From Aulosira sp. ZfuVER01 (GTDB taxonomy: Bacteria; Cyanobacteriota; Cyanobacteriia; Cyanobacteriales; Nostocaceae): a stretch of 56,224 nt of DNA. Below are positions 40,488-51,589 of this stretch, one piece after another. Numbering within the stretch: position 1 is the first letter of the stretch; each line of letters opens with the position of its first letter. Under the pieces are notes generated by a model. That model made no database searches and was not told the DNA's origin. It saw only the letters and a program-made list of their open reading frames with translations. The translations under genes were made by a program, and so were the position numbers. The DNA is taken from the NCBI GenBank assembly GCA_034530615.2, contig JAVRCV020000075.1, positions 1 to 56,224 on the forward strand, written 5' to 3'.

Positions 40488-41249
40488 TTATAGATGATCG
40501 GGCTGGTGTCTGCTAAAAAAGCGATCTAAAATTTCTGACTTTTCTTCTACACTAAAGTTGCTGTGCTGATATTTCAAATTATCAATTAGGTCTGAGTCTC
40601 TAGTTATATGTAAACTCTCATTTAAATTCTCAGTTTGATATCTCTGTTGCGTGTTAGTTGAATTAAATATATTACCAGGCACAAGCTGCATCAGTAACTC
40701 TACAGCCACAGTCGGCAAAGTCCGGCAGGTATGATTAATAAAAAAATCAAAAGTTATCATACCGAGCCGGATGCGATCGCCATCATTAAGTTTTGTCGGC
40801 TGGTAGACTAGTTCTCCATTGACAAATGAGCCATTTGTACTTTTAAAGTCAATCAAGTAGAAGCCCTGATGGTCAATATATTGAATCGCAGCGTGGCGAT
40901 CGGACAGATATCGATCGGCAATATAGATCCCATTGCTGTCATCTCTACCTATAGTCCAGATTTGCTGTGGTTGTTGTAAACTTTGAGTTTTGTTATCGCA
41001 CAGATTAGTAATTACATAAACAGTAGAACCATCTATTACACCTTGTACATAACTTTGATTTACGTCCAATGATGTCTGAGTTAGATTTTCTAGCTGAAGG
41101 ATGTCATCTAAAAGGCTGCTATGTTGTTCATATAACTTGAGAAATACTTGAAATAAACTTAATCGCCGTTGTAGTTCTTGTCCTTGCAACTCAGCCATCA
41201 TAGATGAGCCTTTGACTGGCAAAAAATGTGATTTGCTGATTTCGTTCAT
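40488..41249 (-). CDS. FHA-domain protein
   Basis: WTIGR, LSDRHA, DFKSTNGSFVNG, LNDGDRIRLG. Confidence 0.92.
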   Translation of the reverse strand: MNEISKSHFLPVKGSSMMAELQGQELQRRLSLFQVFLKLYEQHSSLLDDILQLENLTQTSLDVNQSYVQGVIDGSTVYVITNLCDNKTQSLQQPQQIWTIGRDDSNGIYIADRYLSDRHAAIQYIDHQGFYLIDFKSTNGSFVNGELVYQPTKLNDGDRIRLGMITFDFFINHTCRTLPTVAVELLMQLVPGNIFNSTNTQQRYQTENLNESLHITRDSDLIDNLKYQHSNFSVEEKSEILDRFFSRHQPDHL

Positions 41250-41735
41250 TAATATTTCGTCTCAGCCTATTGGAATAATTTACTTATTGCTACTTCCTAA
41301 ATAAGAAAAGCCTAAGAGCATGAATCTCTTGATTTTTGAGGTCAAACTTTTCTAGGTAGTAGCAACCATAAATGTCATCAAAAGTTTTTATAAAAAATTA
41401 TTGTGACGGTTTATTTTTTATTGTAAAGTATGATTGTTAATTTGTAACAGATAAAGAATATTAAGAATTTCCTGATAAAACTGTCAAAAAAACAAAATGA
41501 CGCTATAGCTTTGCCATATCGTTGCTACACAATTTATTATTTGGCAATTCTGCTTCTAGCGAAGATAACTGCCATACCGTCAGCCATATAGTTTTGTCAC
41601 AACAGCTTTAGCTGCAAGTATTCAACATACCCATCTTTGAAGAGTTTAGAGAGCGCTGCGATCGCTCTTAAAAAATGCTTGATGTTGAATTGAAAATTTT
41701 CAATTACTTAAAATTTACAAATCCCAAATGGTAAA

Positions 41736-43430
41736 TTACAACAAGCCTCTTTTACCATTAGGGCGCACTGTCATCCAATTCGTCTTTGCTAGTAACAATT
41801 GCTCATCGGTAATTTTGGCACCAGTGAGAATAGCTCCACAAAGATTCGCTCCTCTAAGATTAGCATTGCTGAGATAAGCATGGCTAAGGTCAGCGCCTCT
41901 AAGATCTGCTCCTTCTAAATCAGCATTACTAAAGTAAGCCTTACTCAGGTTAGCATCTCTGAGATTAGCTTCAGTCAGGCTAGCTCTGCCAAAGTCACTA
42001 TCGTGGAGATTCGCTCCCTGAAGGTTAGTTTTTCGCAACTGAGCAGAATGGAAATTTGCCCCTGATAAATCAGTGCCTTGCAGGTTTAACATACTCAAAT
42101 TATATAGGGCAAAATCCCGTCTACCTTTAAGATAAGCAGTTAGTAAACCTTGAGTATTTAATTTACGTACAATTTTAGAATTCTGATTTTGTGAGCCATT
42201 ACTGTTGTTGCTCTCCAAAATCGTTGCTTTTGCCATCAAAACACCTGGGCGCATTCCGCCTGGATGTAATCCAACGCTTTCAGATGTTTTAGCTCGTCTG
42301 GCTCGAATTGCTGCTGCTACCTGTGCTACTCCTGCACTAGTAGAATTAACAGCAGGATTGTCGCACAAAACAGCAGAATTTGCTATCGAGTTGTTTGTTT
42401 GCTCTTTAAGACCCACATCACCTTTTACAAGCAATCCCTTAGCCAAACTATCCAAGTAGGGTTCCATTTCCAACCCTCTGAGTACTTCTTGGGCAGACTT
42501 GTAACGGTTGCGTACTGACACCTCTAACATTTTCCGCAGCACACTCGTTAAATGATCGCTCACTTGTACAAGTGGCTCCCAGATCATTTCACCTGTTGAG
42601 GGGTTGTATTCTAAGTCTTTAGGAGTTTTACCAGTCAAAAGATAAATACAAGTAACTCCTAGGGCGTAGATATCACTGGCGTAGACTGGACGCATTGCCA
42701 TTTGCTCTGGAGGTGCAAAACCAGGAGTTCCAATCGCATACGCAGTTAAAGCTGTTTGCTCTGATTGGCCAGGTATAGCTTGAGCGACTTGGTTTTTAAC
42801 CGCACCAAAGTCGATCAGCACCATTCGCGCATCTTGAGTACGGCGAATCAAGTTAGCTGGTTTGATATCACGGTGAATCACCTTTTGCTCGTGGATATAT
42901 TGCAGCAATGGCAAGATTTCGCTTAGAAACTGCTTGACTCCGGCTTCCGTAAAGTTGCCGTTACGTTGAATTTCCTGTTGCAGGGTTGCACCGCTAATAT
43001 ATTCTTGAACTAAGTAGAATTGCTGTTGGTCTTCAAAGTAATCCAGCAGCCTTGGCAATTGAGGATGATTGCCAATCTTACCTAGAGTTTTGGCTTCTCG
43101 TTCAAATAGTTCTCGCGCCATCTGCAAAACGTGTGGTGCGGTTACTGAGGGACGCAACTGCTTGATCACGCAACTTGGTTCTCCTGGTAAACCTTGATCG
43201 TGGGCTAAGAAGGTTGCACCAAAGCCACCTTGACCTAAGGGTTTGACCACTTGATAGCGATCGCTCAAAAGCAGTTGCGAGCCACAAGACTGACACCTTT
43301 GGCTAGGTGCCAAATTTTCTGGATGTGGACAGGTAGGATTTAAGCAGTAGCTCATGCACTGTAAACTCGCTGCACGAATGATGATGGGTAGTGTTACACT
43401 ACTCACCCCATTATTGTGATCTAAAATCAA
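41736..43430 (-). CDS. pknA: Ser/Thr protein kinase with N-terminal Cys4 ribbon and C-terminal pentapeptide repeats (PknA/SpkB-like)
   Basis: CLNPTC..CQSC, LGQGGFG, VIKQL, HRDIKPAN, DFG, GTPGFAPPE, ANLRG repeats; alternative start ATG at 43355; symbol from recalled similarity to Anabaena PknA. Confidence 0.85.
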   Translation of the reverse strand: MILDHNNGVSSVTLPIIIRAASLQCMSYCLNPTCPHPENLAPSQRCQSCGSQLLLSDRYQVVKPLGQGGFGATFLAHDQGLPGEPSCVIKQLRPSVTAPHVLQMARELFEREAKTLGKIGNHPQLPRLLDYFEDQQQFYLVQEYISGATLQQEIQRNGNFTEAGVKQFLSEILPLLQYIHEQKVIHRDIKPANLIRRTQDARMVLIDFGAVKNQVAQAIPGQSEQTALTAYAIGTPGFAPPEQMAMRPVYASDIYALGVTCIYLLTGKTPKDLEYNPSTGEMIWEPLVQVSDHLTSVLRKMLEVSVRNRYKSAQEVLRGLEMEPYLDSLAKGLLVKGDVGLKEQTNNSIANSAVLCDNPAVNSTSAGVAQVAAAIRARRAKTSESVGLHPGGMRPGVLMAKATILESNNSNGSQNQNSKIVRKLNTQGLLTAYLKGRRDFALYNLSMLNLQGTDLSGANFHSAQLRKTNLQGANLHDSDFGRASLTEANLRDANLSKAYFSNADLEGADLRGADLSHAYLSNANLRGANLCGAILTGAKITDEQLLLAKTNWMTVRPNGKRGLL

Positions 43431-43574
43431 CTTGTGCCAGGTAATTTTTGCTGGAAAACCTTTGAAGAGTTCCTAAAGTTTGAATTCAGCCGATCTAAAA
43501 CACTCGTAAATCTACTAACGTTATTTCTACGTAAATTTCACTAGTATTTGCTAAACGATTTTTTTAATGGTTTT

Positions 43575-43588
43575 GTAATTATTAATAC
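43575..43588. promoter_or_regulatory. Possible NtcA site upstream of the kinase
   Basis: GTA-ATTATTAA-TAC (GTA-N8-TAC); no canonical -10 at 22 nt; AT-rich context. Confidence 0.3.
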
Positions 43589-43715
43589 TAGTTGTTATAA
43601 ATGTTAGTTTAAACGTAACTAAGCAGTAGTTATTTGCATATTTTAAGTAATTTATCATTTTTTAGCTTTTTTGGATAGTAAATGCTCATCTTCAATAAAA
43701 ATTATGGTTGCTCAA

Positions 43716-43756
43716 AAATAGCACCCCCGCCTTCCATTAGACAGGGGTGTTATTTT
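43716..43756. terminator. Terminator hairpin downstream of hemL
   Basis: AAATAGCACCCC...GGGGTGTTATTT. Confidence 0.65.
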
Positions 43757-43779
43757 CTACCAAAAACACTGTTGGTAGC

Positions 43780-45078
43780 TTACAGGCTAGACAGCACATC
43801 CCGTGCTATAGCTAAAGTCTGCTCAATATCTTCTTCAGTGTGAGCGCAAGAAGTAAATCCAGCCTCAAACTGAGAGGGTGCTAGGTAAATACCGCGCTCT
43901 AGCATACCGCGATGGAAGCGTCCGAATTTTGCTGTATCGGAGTTTTTGGCATCCTCGTAGTTATGGACTGGGCCAGCAGTAAAAAATAAGCCAAACATGG
44001 CGCTGATATGACCACCACAAGCCGCGTGGCCAGTTTCCTGAGTAATTTGCAGTAAGCCATCTGCTAGCTTTTGAGTAATTTTGTCCAAGTACTCATAAGT
44101 TCCTGGTTTTTGCAACAATTCTAGGGTCTTAATTCCCGCAGTCATTGCTAAAGGATTACCAGAAAGAGTTCCTGCTTGGTACACCGGGCCAGCTGGGGCT
44201 ACCATTGACATAATATCTCGACGACCGCCATAGGCTCCTACTGGTAAACCACCACCAATAACTTTACCCAAGGTGGTCAAATCAGGTGTAACGCCAAATT
44301 TCTGTTGAGCGCCACCATAAGCTATACGGAAGCCTGTCATAACTTCGTCAAAGACTAATAACGCTCCATGCTCGTGGGTAAGTTCTCTTAACCCTTCAAG
44401 GAATCCAGCATCGGGAGTAATAAACCCAGCATTGCCCACAACAGGCTCCAAAATCACCCCAGCAATCTCATCGCGGTTTTCTTCAAATAAGGCTTTGACG
44501 GCTTCTAAATCATTGAAAGGGGCAGTGAGAGTATTGCTAGTTGCCGATTTAGGTACTCCTGGCGAGTCTGGTAAGCCGAGTGTGGCAACACCAGATCCAG
44601 CCTTCACTAGGAACATATCAGCATGACCGTGGTAGCAGCCTTCAAACTTAATGATTTTGTCCCTATTTGTAAAAGCCCGCATCAGCCGCAACACAGCCAT
44701 ACAAGCTTCTGTACCTGAATTAACAAATCTAACCATTTCGATGCTGGGTACAGCATCAATGACCATTTCTGCTAAGACATTTTCCAGTGCAGAGGGCGCA
44801 CCAAAGCTAGTGCCTTTTTCCAAGGCTTCATGGAGAGCTGCAATCACTTCTGGATGGGCATGACCGCAAATGGCAGGGCCCCAAGTACCCACATAGTCAA
44901 TGTATTGGTTGCCATCGACATCCCAAATGTATGCGCCTTTAACGCGATCAAAAACAATTGGTTGTCCACCTACTGATTTGAATGCGCGAACTGGAGAACT
45001 TACACCTCCTGGCATGAGATTTTGGGCAGCAGCGAAGATCTCTTGTGATTTTGTAGTTCTAATCGTCGTATTTACCAA
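43780..45078 (-). CDS. hemL: Glutamate-1-semialdehyde 2,1-aminomutase
   Basis: [45 protein letters not shown]. Confidence 0.98.
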   Translation of the reverse strand: MVNTTIRTTKSQEIFAAAQNLMPGGVSSPVRAFKSVGGQPIVFDRVKGAYIWDVDGNQYIDYVGTWGPAICGHAHPEVIAALHEALEKGTSFGAPSALENVLAEMVIDAVPSIEMVRFVNSGTEACMAVLRLMRAFTNRDKIIKFEGCYHGHADMFLVKAGSGVATLGLPDSPGVPKSATSNTLTAPFNDLEAVKALFEENRDEIAGVILEPVVGNAGFITPDAGFLEGLRELTHEHGALLVFDEVMTGFRIAYGGAQQKFGVTPDLTTLGKVIGGGLPVGAYGGRRDIMSMVAPAGPVYQAGTLSGNPLAMTAGIKTLELLQKPGTYEYLDKITQKLADGLLQITQETGHAACGGHISAMFGLFFTAGPVHNYEDAKNSDTAKFGRFHRGMLERGIYLAPSQFEAGFTSCAHTEEDIEQTLAIARDVLSSL

Positions 45079-45186
45079 GGTTCTCTCCTAAATCAGTGGC
45101 AATATATAAGGTCTATCTCAGGATAGGGTTAAAAACTGCTTAGAACTTCTATCGTATAGAATTACCTGAACCATAAAAATAACAAT

Positions 45187-45375
45187 ATGTTATATAAGTC
45201 CAATCAAGAATTGCCTTTAGAGATTCGGACTCGATTTTCGGAAGCATACCAAGATCTTTACCGGGCAGCTTTTAACTCAGCAGTTCATTGGTATGGTGAA
45301 GCTACAAAAGCCCATCAAGTTGCTTTGAGTGCTGTTAAAATGCAGTCTGCTATGGATAAAAATGCTCTTGTTTAA
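45187..45375 (+). CDS. ChaB-family small protein
   Basis: YKSNQELP...QDLYRAAFNSA...AHQVALSAVK. Confidence 0.8.
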   Translation: MLYKSNQELPLEIRTRFSEAYQDLYRAAFNSAVHWYGEATKAHQVALSAVKMQSAMDKNALV

Positions 45376-45477
45376 AGTTTAGATAATAAACTGCAATTGC
45401 AAAAAGCATACCAGATACCCTATTCAGAATGGTATCGTGAATCAAGGAATCATTCTCACTGTCTTAAGTTAGCTGGT

Positions 45478-46128
45478 ATGTCTTCTACAGAACCTCTTTC
45501 ACTGCATCAAGCCATTCCTATTGAAAAAATTCACTATGATGAACGAGGTCTAGTGCCAGCGATCGTCCAAGATTATCTTGATGGCACTGTTTTGATGATG
45601 GCGTGGATGAATCGGGAGTCTTTACAAAAAACTTTAGAAACCGGAGAAACTTGGTTTTGGAGTCGTTCCCGTCAGGAGTTGTGGCATAAAGGAGCGACTT
45701 CTAGTCATATTCAAAAAGTGCAAAGTATCCGTTATGACTGTGATAGTGATGCACTCCTAATTGGGATAGAGCAGGTAGGGGATGTGGCTTGTCACACTGG
45801 CGAGCGTAGTTGCTTTCATCAAGTGGATGGTCAAATAGTCGCGCCACCAGGGGATACACTGTCACAATTATTTGAGGTAATCTGCGATCGCCGCGATCGC
45901 CCCACAGAAAATTCTTATACTTGTAAGTTATTTGCAGGCGGCGATAATAAGATTTTGAAAAAGCTGGGTGAAGAGACTGCTGAGGTCGTAATGGCGTTTA
46001 AAGATGATGATGCGGATGCCATTGCTGGGGAAGTCGCAGATTTGCTCTACCATACTCTCGTTGCTTTAGCTCATCATCAAATTGATTTGAAATCGGTATA
46101 CCGTAGGTTGCAACAACGTCGGCGATAG
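45478..46128 (+). CDS. hisIE: Bifunctional phosphoribosyl-AMP cyclohydrolase / phosphoribosyl-ATP pyrophosphatase
   Basis: [50 protein letters not shown]. Confidence 0.96.
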   Translation: MSSTEPLSLHQAIPIEKIHYDERGLVPAIVQDYLDGTVLMMAWMNRESLQKTLETGETWFWSRSRQELWHKGATSSHIQKVQSIRYDCDSDALLIGIEQVGDVACHTGERSCFHQVDGQIVAPPGDTLSQLFEVICDRRDRPTENSYTCKLFAGGDNKILKKLGEETAEVVMAFKDDDADAIAGEVADLLYHTLVALAHHQIDLKSVYRRLQQRRR

Positions 46129-46185
46129 AAAGTACTGGGTTAGGGGTCAAGTGGGACAAAGAGTCGCAAAGACGTGGAGAATAAT

Positions 46186-46213
46186 CAATGCCCCATGCCC
46201 CATGCCCCACGCC
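46186..46213. repeat. STRR heptamers (CCATGCC)
   Basis: CAATGCC-CCATGCC-CCATGCC-CCACGCC. Confidence 0.8.
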
Positions 46214-48073
46214 CTAGAAAGTGAAAGTAGTACGCAACACCCCTACCGTTGTTGTTTCGTTTCTGCTATCGCCTTCAGGATTAAATAAAACAAATGCACC
46301 AGGGGTAATACTAATATTGTCATTTACCCGAAAGCGGTAATAAGCCTCTAAATGGTAAGGAACGGCTCTGTTTACACCCGCAGGTGCTAATTGGGCTGCA
46401 CCACTAGCATCAGTACGATAGAGTGGTTGTCCAAAGATAATACCAGCATTGTTTCCTGGCTTGAATAGATCGTTAAAATGAACACCTACCATCCAACTAG
46501 TAAAGGTAGTACCAGCATCAACATCTGGGGAAGAATCATCAACAAACAGCGCTGCACCATAGCCAGATAATGCAATCTTGGGAGAAAAGCGCCAGGTGAC
46601 AGTGCCACCAAAGGAGTTAAGTTTTACAGGTGTGCCTAAAGCTACTCCTCCCAAAGCACCAATATCACTACTAGTTAATCCTGTGCCCAAAATGTTGATT
46701 TCATGATAGCTATTAGCATAGTTCAGACCAATATCTAAAGAACTGCTGGGTCTAAAAGTCAACTGAGCTGCAACTACAGTACTACCGCTAAACACCCCTG
46801 CTCCCAAAGGGGTATTTGAAACTCCTGGAAGAATGTCACCTGCTTTACTAGGAAGATTGGCATTGACACTACCATATAAAGCTCTGAGATCCAGCTGTGG
46901 AGAAAAACTATAAATAAAGCCAGCCGCAGATGCTAAACCAGAACCGGAAGTACCACCAGAGACACGTAATACAGGGTTCAAGCCAGCAAAGCGAGAAATG
47001 GACTCTTGTCCTTCACCATAAAAAGGAGTGATGGCGGGAAAAGCATCGGAAACTTCAGCAGCAGTCCCAGCAAACAAAGTCAATTTATCAGCGACGGGAA
47101 AGATGTAAAGCAGTTTGTAAAGCTGAAGAGAGTTTGCGCCAACGTTAGATAAATTCTTTGGATCGACACCTGGAAATTGCGGTTCAAAACTAGTCCGCGC
47201 GCTGCTAGCACTGAGTATGGGTGATGCTAAACCCAGAGACTCTTGCAGGCTTCCACTACCATCAACACCACCTAAAAAGTTATGAGATTGCAACCCAGTG
47301 ATTAGTAAGTCTTTACCTGTAAAGCTGGTGTTGAGATTTAACCGCACTCGGTTTGTCAGAATAATATTAGGATCGCTTCGGCCTGGAGCGCCACCTGTAG
47401 CACCAATGGCTGAGATAATTGCTTCACCATTCAGCTTGGTAGTTGTAGAAAACTGATGTGCTTCTAATTCAGCCGTGCGAGTTTCCAAGGCATCTACCCT
47501 ACCCCGCAATGTACTTAGTTCGGCAGCAAATTGTTCTTGCAGTTTTTGTAAGGTATTTAAATCTTCTTTGGTAACTAAATCGCTGGTTGCAGTAGCAATT
47601 AGTTCGTTAATTCTATTGAGACAAGCATTTAAACCAGCGGCAAACTCATAACGAGTCAGAGCGCGGTTTCCTCGATAGGTGCTGTTGGGATACCCGGCAA
47701 TACAACCATAGCGTTCAACTAGAGATTGTAATGCAGCAAAAGCCCAGTCTGTAGGCTGTACATCGGAAAGTTGCGATACAGATGTGACCTGTTCTATAGC
47801 ATCAGATGCTAATAGCTGGGGTGAAGAATTTACTTGATTGATAGTAGGTGAATCTGGTTGTTTTCTTCCAGAAGTGTTAATTAATTCCGTTGGTTGAGAA
47901 AAGCTGCTATGCGCAAAATTGCTTTTAAAAGATGCTGTCTGATCAGTAGAACTTAAATTTTTGGCATTACCTACAGTCTCTGCTAAATCGGATGTGGCTT
48001 GTACTGGCGATAATCCAGAAATTAAATATAAAAAACTTAGCCCACCAGCATAAGCTAGTAGATTTACTTTCAT
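46214..48073 (-). CDS. SLH-domain outer-membrane porin (OprB-like / iron-uptake porin family)
   Basis: VTSVSQLSDVQPTDWAF, YGCIAGYP, TRYEFAAGL, QFSTTTKL, terminal LRTTFTF. Confidence 0.95.
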   Translation of the reverse strand: MKVNLLAYAGGLSFLYLISGLSPVQATSDLAETVGNAKNLSSTDQTASFKSNFAHSSFSQPTELINTSGRKQPDSPTINQVNSSPQLLASDAIEQVTSVSQLSDVQPTDWAFAALQSLVERYGCIAGYPNSTYRGNRALTRYEFAAGLNACLNRINELIATATSDLVTKEDLNTLQKLQEQFAAELSTLRGRVDALETRTAELEAHQFSTTTKLNGEAIISAIGATGGAPGRSDPNIILTNRVRLNLNTSFTGKDLLITGLQSHNFLGGVDGSGSLQESLGLASPILSASSARTSFEPQFPGVDPKNLSNVGANSLQLYKLLYIFPVADKLTLFAGTAAEVSDAFPAITPFYGEGQESISRFAGLNPVLRVSGGTSGSGLASAAGFIYSFSPQLDLRALYGSVNANLPSKAGDILPGVSNTPLGAGVFSGSTVVAAQLTFRPSSSLDIGLNYANSYHEINILGTGLTSSDIGALGGVALGTPVKLNSFGGTVTWRFSPKIALSGYGAALFVDDSSPDVDAGTTFTSWMVGVHFNDLFKPGNNAGIIFGQPLYRTDASGAAQLAPAGVNRAVPYHLEAYYRFRVNDNISITPGAFVLFNPEGDSRNETTTVGVLRTTFTF

Positions 48074-48756
48074 AGCAACTCCTCACAAATCAATTTGAAT
48101 TAAATACAAGAAGATTTAAAATCTCAGACTAATTGAGCTTCACTATTCTGAATCTCAAAAGTCGGATTTATGTAGTATTGTGTCTGCTGAAGATAAATAC
48201 TTCCCAGTTGAATTTTCTGAGAACTTTATGATTACCGCAGTGAACTTTAACTACCCATAGTAAAAGTAAACAATATTTAGCTCAAGAATTGATAAGTACA
48301 ATTATTGGGAATTTCTATGATTATGATTGCTTAATCAAAAATGAATTTCTAGGATAAATAAGCTCTTATTGGGTATAATTACCAGCTATTTAACAAGAGT
48401 AAAATACCTGTGTTGATCATCTAAGTATTAAGTTAATCTTATAGGTATAATTTTCTGAGATTATAACAAATCAATAAGTAATGTCAGAGCAGCTACGTTA
48501 ATATATAAAGCTAGATTATTAATGATATAAAAATATAGTATTCACTTACAATATGTTTTTTTAGTGAGTTCATAGGAAGGACAGAGTATGCTGATTTAAT
48601 CCAAGAAGAGATCCATGAATAGGAATTTATTCATGCCTCCAAATTAATTTAATGAACCAATAGTATTTATCAAAAATTAAGCTTCTAGTTGCTGACAAAT
48701 AAATTAGGACTACTATAGCTGAACATAAATAACTCTTTACAACTTTGAATCTTAAT

Positions 48757-50037
48757 TTATTCGCTAGACAAAATCCGGTTGAGATACTGCAAAATCCCAA
48801 TGGCGATGAAGACAATCAAAGAAAAACCGAGCCAAAAGTTATCAGCAATGATTCGTGGTTGATCCAATGCCCAACCGCCTAAGGGAGAACCAACAAAATG
48901 TCCCAAAGCCCAGCAAAGGGAATTAATGGAGAAATACACTCCACGTTGTGATTCTGGGGCTAAATCGGTGACTAGAGAGGCAGCAAAAGGGGTATAGGAA
49001 ACCAGCGCTAGGGCAAATACTGTCAATGCTAAAGTTACCCAAAACAAATGATGAGATGGGGCGATCGCGATCATCCAAATCAAGCTGAAACCGATTGCCC
49101 ACAAAATGCCAGAAATTGTCAGGGCTAGGGTGTGAGAGTAGCGTTTTAAGGCTCTAGCAATTGGGAATTGACAAATCACGGCCAAGACAAGATGCCAAGC
49201 ATATAGGGCGCTAATCGTAGTTTCCGCTAATCCTAGAGTATTATCTTCTGCTCTCACAAAGTTTTTGAAGTAAATGGGAAGAGTACTGTGCAGCTGGGAA
49301 ACACAAGTAGCAAATGTAATATTAACTACAACGTAAATCAGGAGGCGGCGATCGCTTAACGCTGCTATCCAAGCAGCGAAAGGTTGTGTTTGGTGGGATT
49401 GCTCTATCTGTGGCTGAGAAGTGTCGTTAATTGCTAAATAGATCACGGCAAAAAATACCATGAAGGAGATGGCATCGATGATAAATAGCCCACGGTAATT
49501 ACCTGCGATCGCAATCCACAATCCTGCTAATACACTTCCTATTGCTAATCCCAGATTATCCGCAACTCGGGTGAGCGCAAAAGTTTCGCGGCGATTTTCA
49601 ATTTGGCTAGCATCAGCGACAACAGCTTCACTGGCGGGCCAATAGAAACCAATACCTAAACCAACAATCAAACTGCCAATTACCAGAGTCACAAAATTAC
49701 TAGTTGTAGCTAAGACTAGAGAACCAACTGCTGAAATCGCTGTTGCTAGCAACAAAGTCCGACGGCGTCCCCATTCCCTCGTGTCAGCCAAAGAACCACC
49801 CAAAATTCGCCCTACAACACCAGCAATGGAGGTGCTAGTCAGGGCAATACCAACGGTGGTTGCAGATAAACCAACTTGATTAACAAAAAAGATGGGGGCG
49901 TAAAACAGCGTAAAGCCAGTACCCACTTCTGAGAGAAATCTACCAACTACCAACATCCCCACAGGAGTCTGAATTTGGGAAAGCCAAGACAATAACTGGA
50001 ATTGGGGTGCAAGTTGTAAAGACTTAAGTTTCATCAA
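48757..50037 (-). CDS. MFS transporter
   Basis: About 12 TM segments, GGSLAD...GRR motif A. Confidence 0.92.
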   Translation of the reverse strand: MMKLKSLQLAPQFQLLSWLSQIQTPVGMLVVGRFLSEVGTGFTLFYAPIFFVNQVGLSATTVGIALTSTSIAGVVGRILGGSLADTREWGRRRTLLLATAISAVGSLVLATTSNFVTLVIGSLIVGLGIGFYWPASEAVVADASQIENRRETFALTRVADNLGLAIGSVLAGLWIAIAGNYRGLFIIDAISFMVFFAVIYLAINDTSQPQIEQSHQTQPFAAWIAALSDRRLLIYVVVNITFATCVSQLHSTLPIYFKNFVRAEDNTLGLAETTISALYAWHLVLAVICQFPIARALKRYSHTLALTISGILWAIGFSLIWMIAIAPSHHLFWVTLALTVFALALVSYTPFAASLVTDLAPESQRGVYFSINSLCWALGHFVGSPLGGWALDQPRIIADNFWLGFSLIVFIAIGILQYLNRILSSE

Positions 50038-50076
50038 AAGATTGTGTTTTTGTAATTCTTATCATTAAGGAGCATT

Positions 50077-50127
50077 TTCCTCACAGATTCCACAGGGTTT
50101 CCACAGGTACTTTACCAGTTTTCCACA
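50077..50127 (+). promoter_or_regulatory. Cluster of four co-oriented DnaA-box-like 9-mers
   Basis: TTCCTCACA, GATTCCACA, GTTTCCACA, TTTTCCACA. Confidence 0.4.
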
Positions 50128-50499
50128 GATGCCCTACGAGTTAATCAGCTCTTGCTATCCTACTGGGGATTTTTTACCTCTAAGGCTAGGGAATCTAAGT
50201 GACTGAGTTTTTATTAAGATATGTAACAAAAAATATTCTTAAACCCTGATTATTACGTTGAGATTTACTTTTTATACCGTCGTTTTTAACATTTCGCAGC
50301 ATTGACAAACCTACCCCCTCTTGCTGCACAATGATTCGGCTTGCTGTTTTAGTTCGTTTAATCGCTGACATCAACTGTGTAAAATTACCTCCTATGTTGG
50401 CGGAGATTGTCAGGCAGATCAAAGATTGTGTATGCCGCCTCAGGCTACTGACTGCAAGCAACTAGTCCCCCTTGATTGACCTCAGAGGAGGAAAATCTG

Positions 50500-50697
50500 A
50501 TGAACACAACGGTTAATATCTTTACAGAAATCCCGGAAACACTTCACGAATCCCTGAAAAGCTATCTAGAAACACATCCCGACTGGGATCAAAACCGAGT
50601 ATTGACAGCAGCTCTGTCACTGTTTTTACTCCAAAATGGAGATAGCGATCGCCGTGCTGCTCGTGTTTACCTGGAAACTTTGTTCCATCACAGTTAA
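50500..50697 (+). CDS. DUF2811-family small protein
   Basis: GAGGAGG RBS; EIPETLH...HPDWDQNRVLTAALSLFLLQNG. Confidence 0.85.
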   Translation: MNTTVNIFTEIPETLHESLKSYLETHPDWDQNRVLTAALSLFLLQNGDSDRRAARVYLETLFHHS

Positions 50698-51041
50698 GTA
50701 GAACAGCCGCAACTATGGTATCAACGGTGCTGTTGTGGCTTATTGTCTCCTATGGGCAGATTATAGGTTTCACCAGATTAAATTTTTGCGCTAAGGTTGA
50801 TATTTATTGAGGCGTAAGCGCAAAAATTTAAGATGGCTATCCTGGCTAGTGAAATACTTGGCAAATTCCGGGCAAGCTCAACTATTAAAAGTTTTTAAGT
50901 GGAACTGACAAAAGCTGGGAATTTACCAATCGATCAGTTTTACAGCGTGGTGATAGTTCATATTGCCCTATGTGTCTGTAAATTCAAAAACATCAGAGTT
51001 TTATACTAATTTAAAATTCGTCTTGAAAAGTTTGCTTAACT

Positions 51042-51191
51042 GGGGAACCCCCGCACGCAACACCAGTTGCTACACTGCGGGTTCTCCTTGTGGAGTCCAA
51101 GTTGGCAAAGCCGACGACAGTCGCCTCAAGTCGGGAAACCAACTTACAGCGCTGTCTCCCCAATGCACTGCTCACAGCAACGCACTGGCTC
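51042..51191. repeat. Nested array of small dispersed repeats
   Basis: CCAGT..ACTGG enclosing GACAG..CTGTC; three stacked tails GCGCTGTCTC, GCACTGCTCA, GCACTGGCTC. Confidence 0.7.
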
Positions 51192-51589
51192 AATTTTTCC
51201 TAAAATTAAGAAGCGTCAGATGCCATCTGGGTTTTAAGGTGTGCATCTTTTTCTTGATTGTGGCGAATTAGTATTAGATAACCATTCCACAGCTAGCTAA
51301 ACTTTATCCTCCGTAAGGAGGATTGATCGCGAAATTAACTGGCTATGTATTTTGCGTAAATCTCTGTAGGAATGCACGCTTTTACATAACCAGTTTTATT
51401 TAAGCCATGAATAACTCAAATAAAATAAATGTCTGGTATGTACAAGTGCAGTATCTATAATTAATTTGATAAATTTGCACAGATTTGTTGACCTAGTTGT
51501 GAGTTAAGTCAAAAAAATTCACTTATTTGTACAGTTTAGTAATTAGTCAAAAGTCAAGAGTTAAAAACTCTGGACTATAGACTAAGAAC

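Noticed and set aside
45884..45900. Tandem HIP1 sites in hisIE
   Set aside because: HIP1 is frequent throughout the window; no additional structure
45998..46210. 70-aa minus-strand ORF
   Set aside because: Starts in STRR repeats and overlaps hisIE antisense
50963..51271. 102-aa plus and 60-aa minus ORFs
   Set aside because: Open frames through the GC-rich nested repeat array; no protein features
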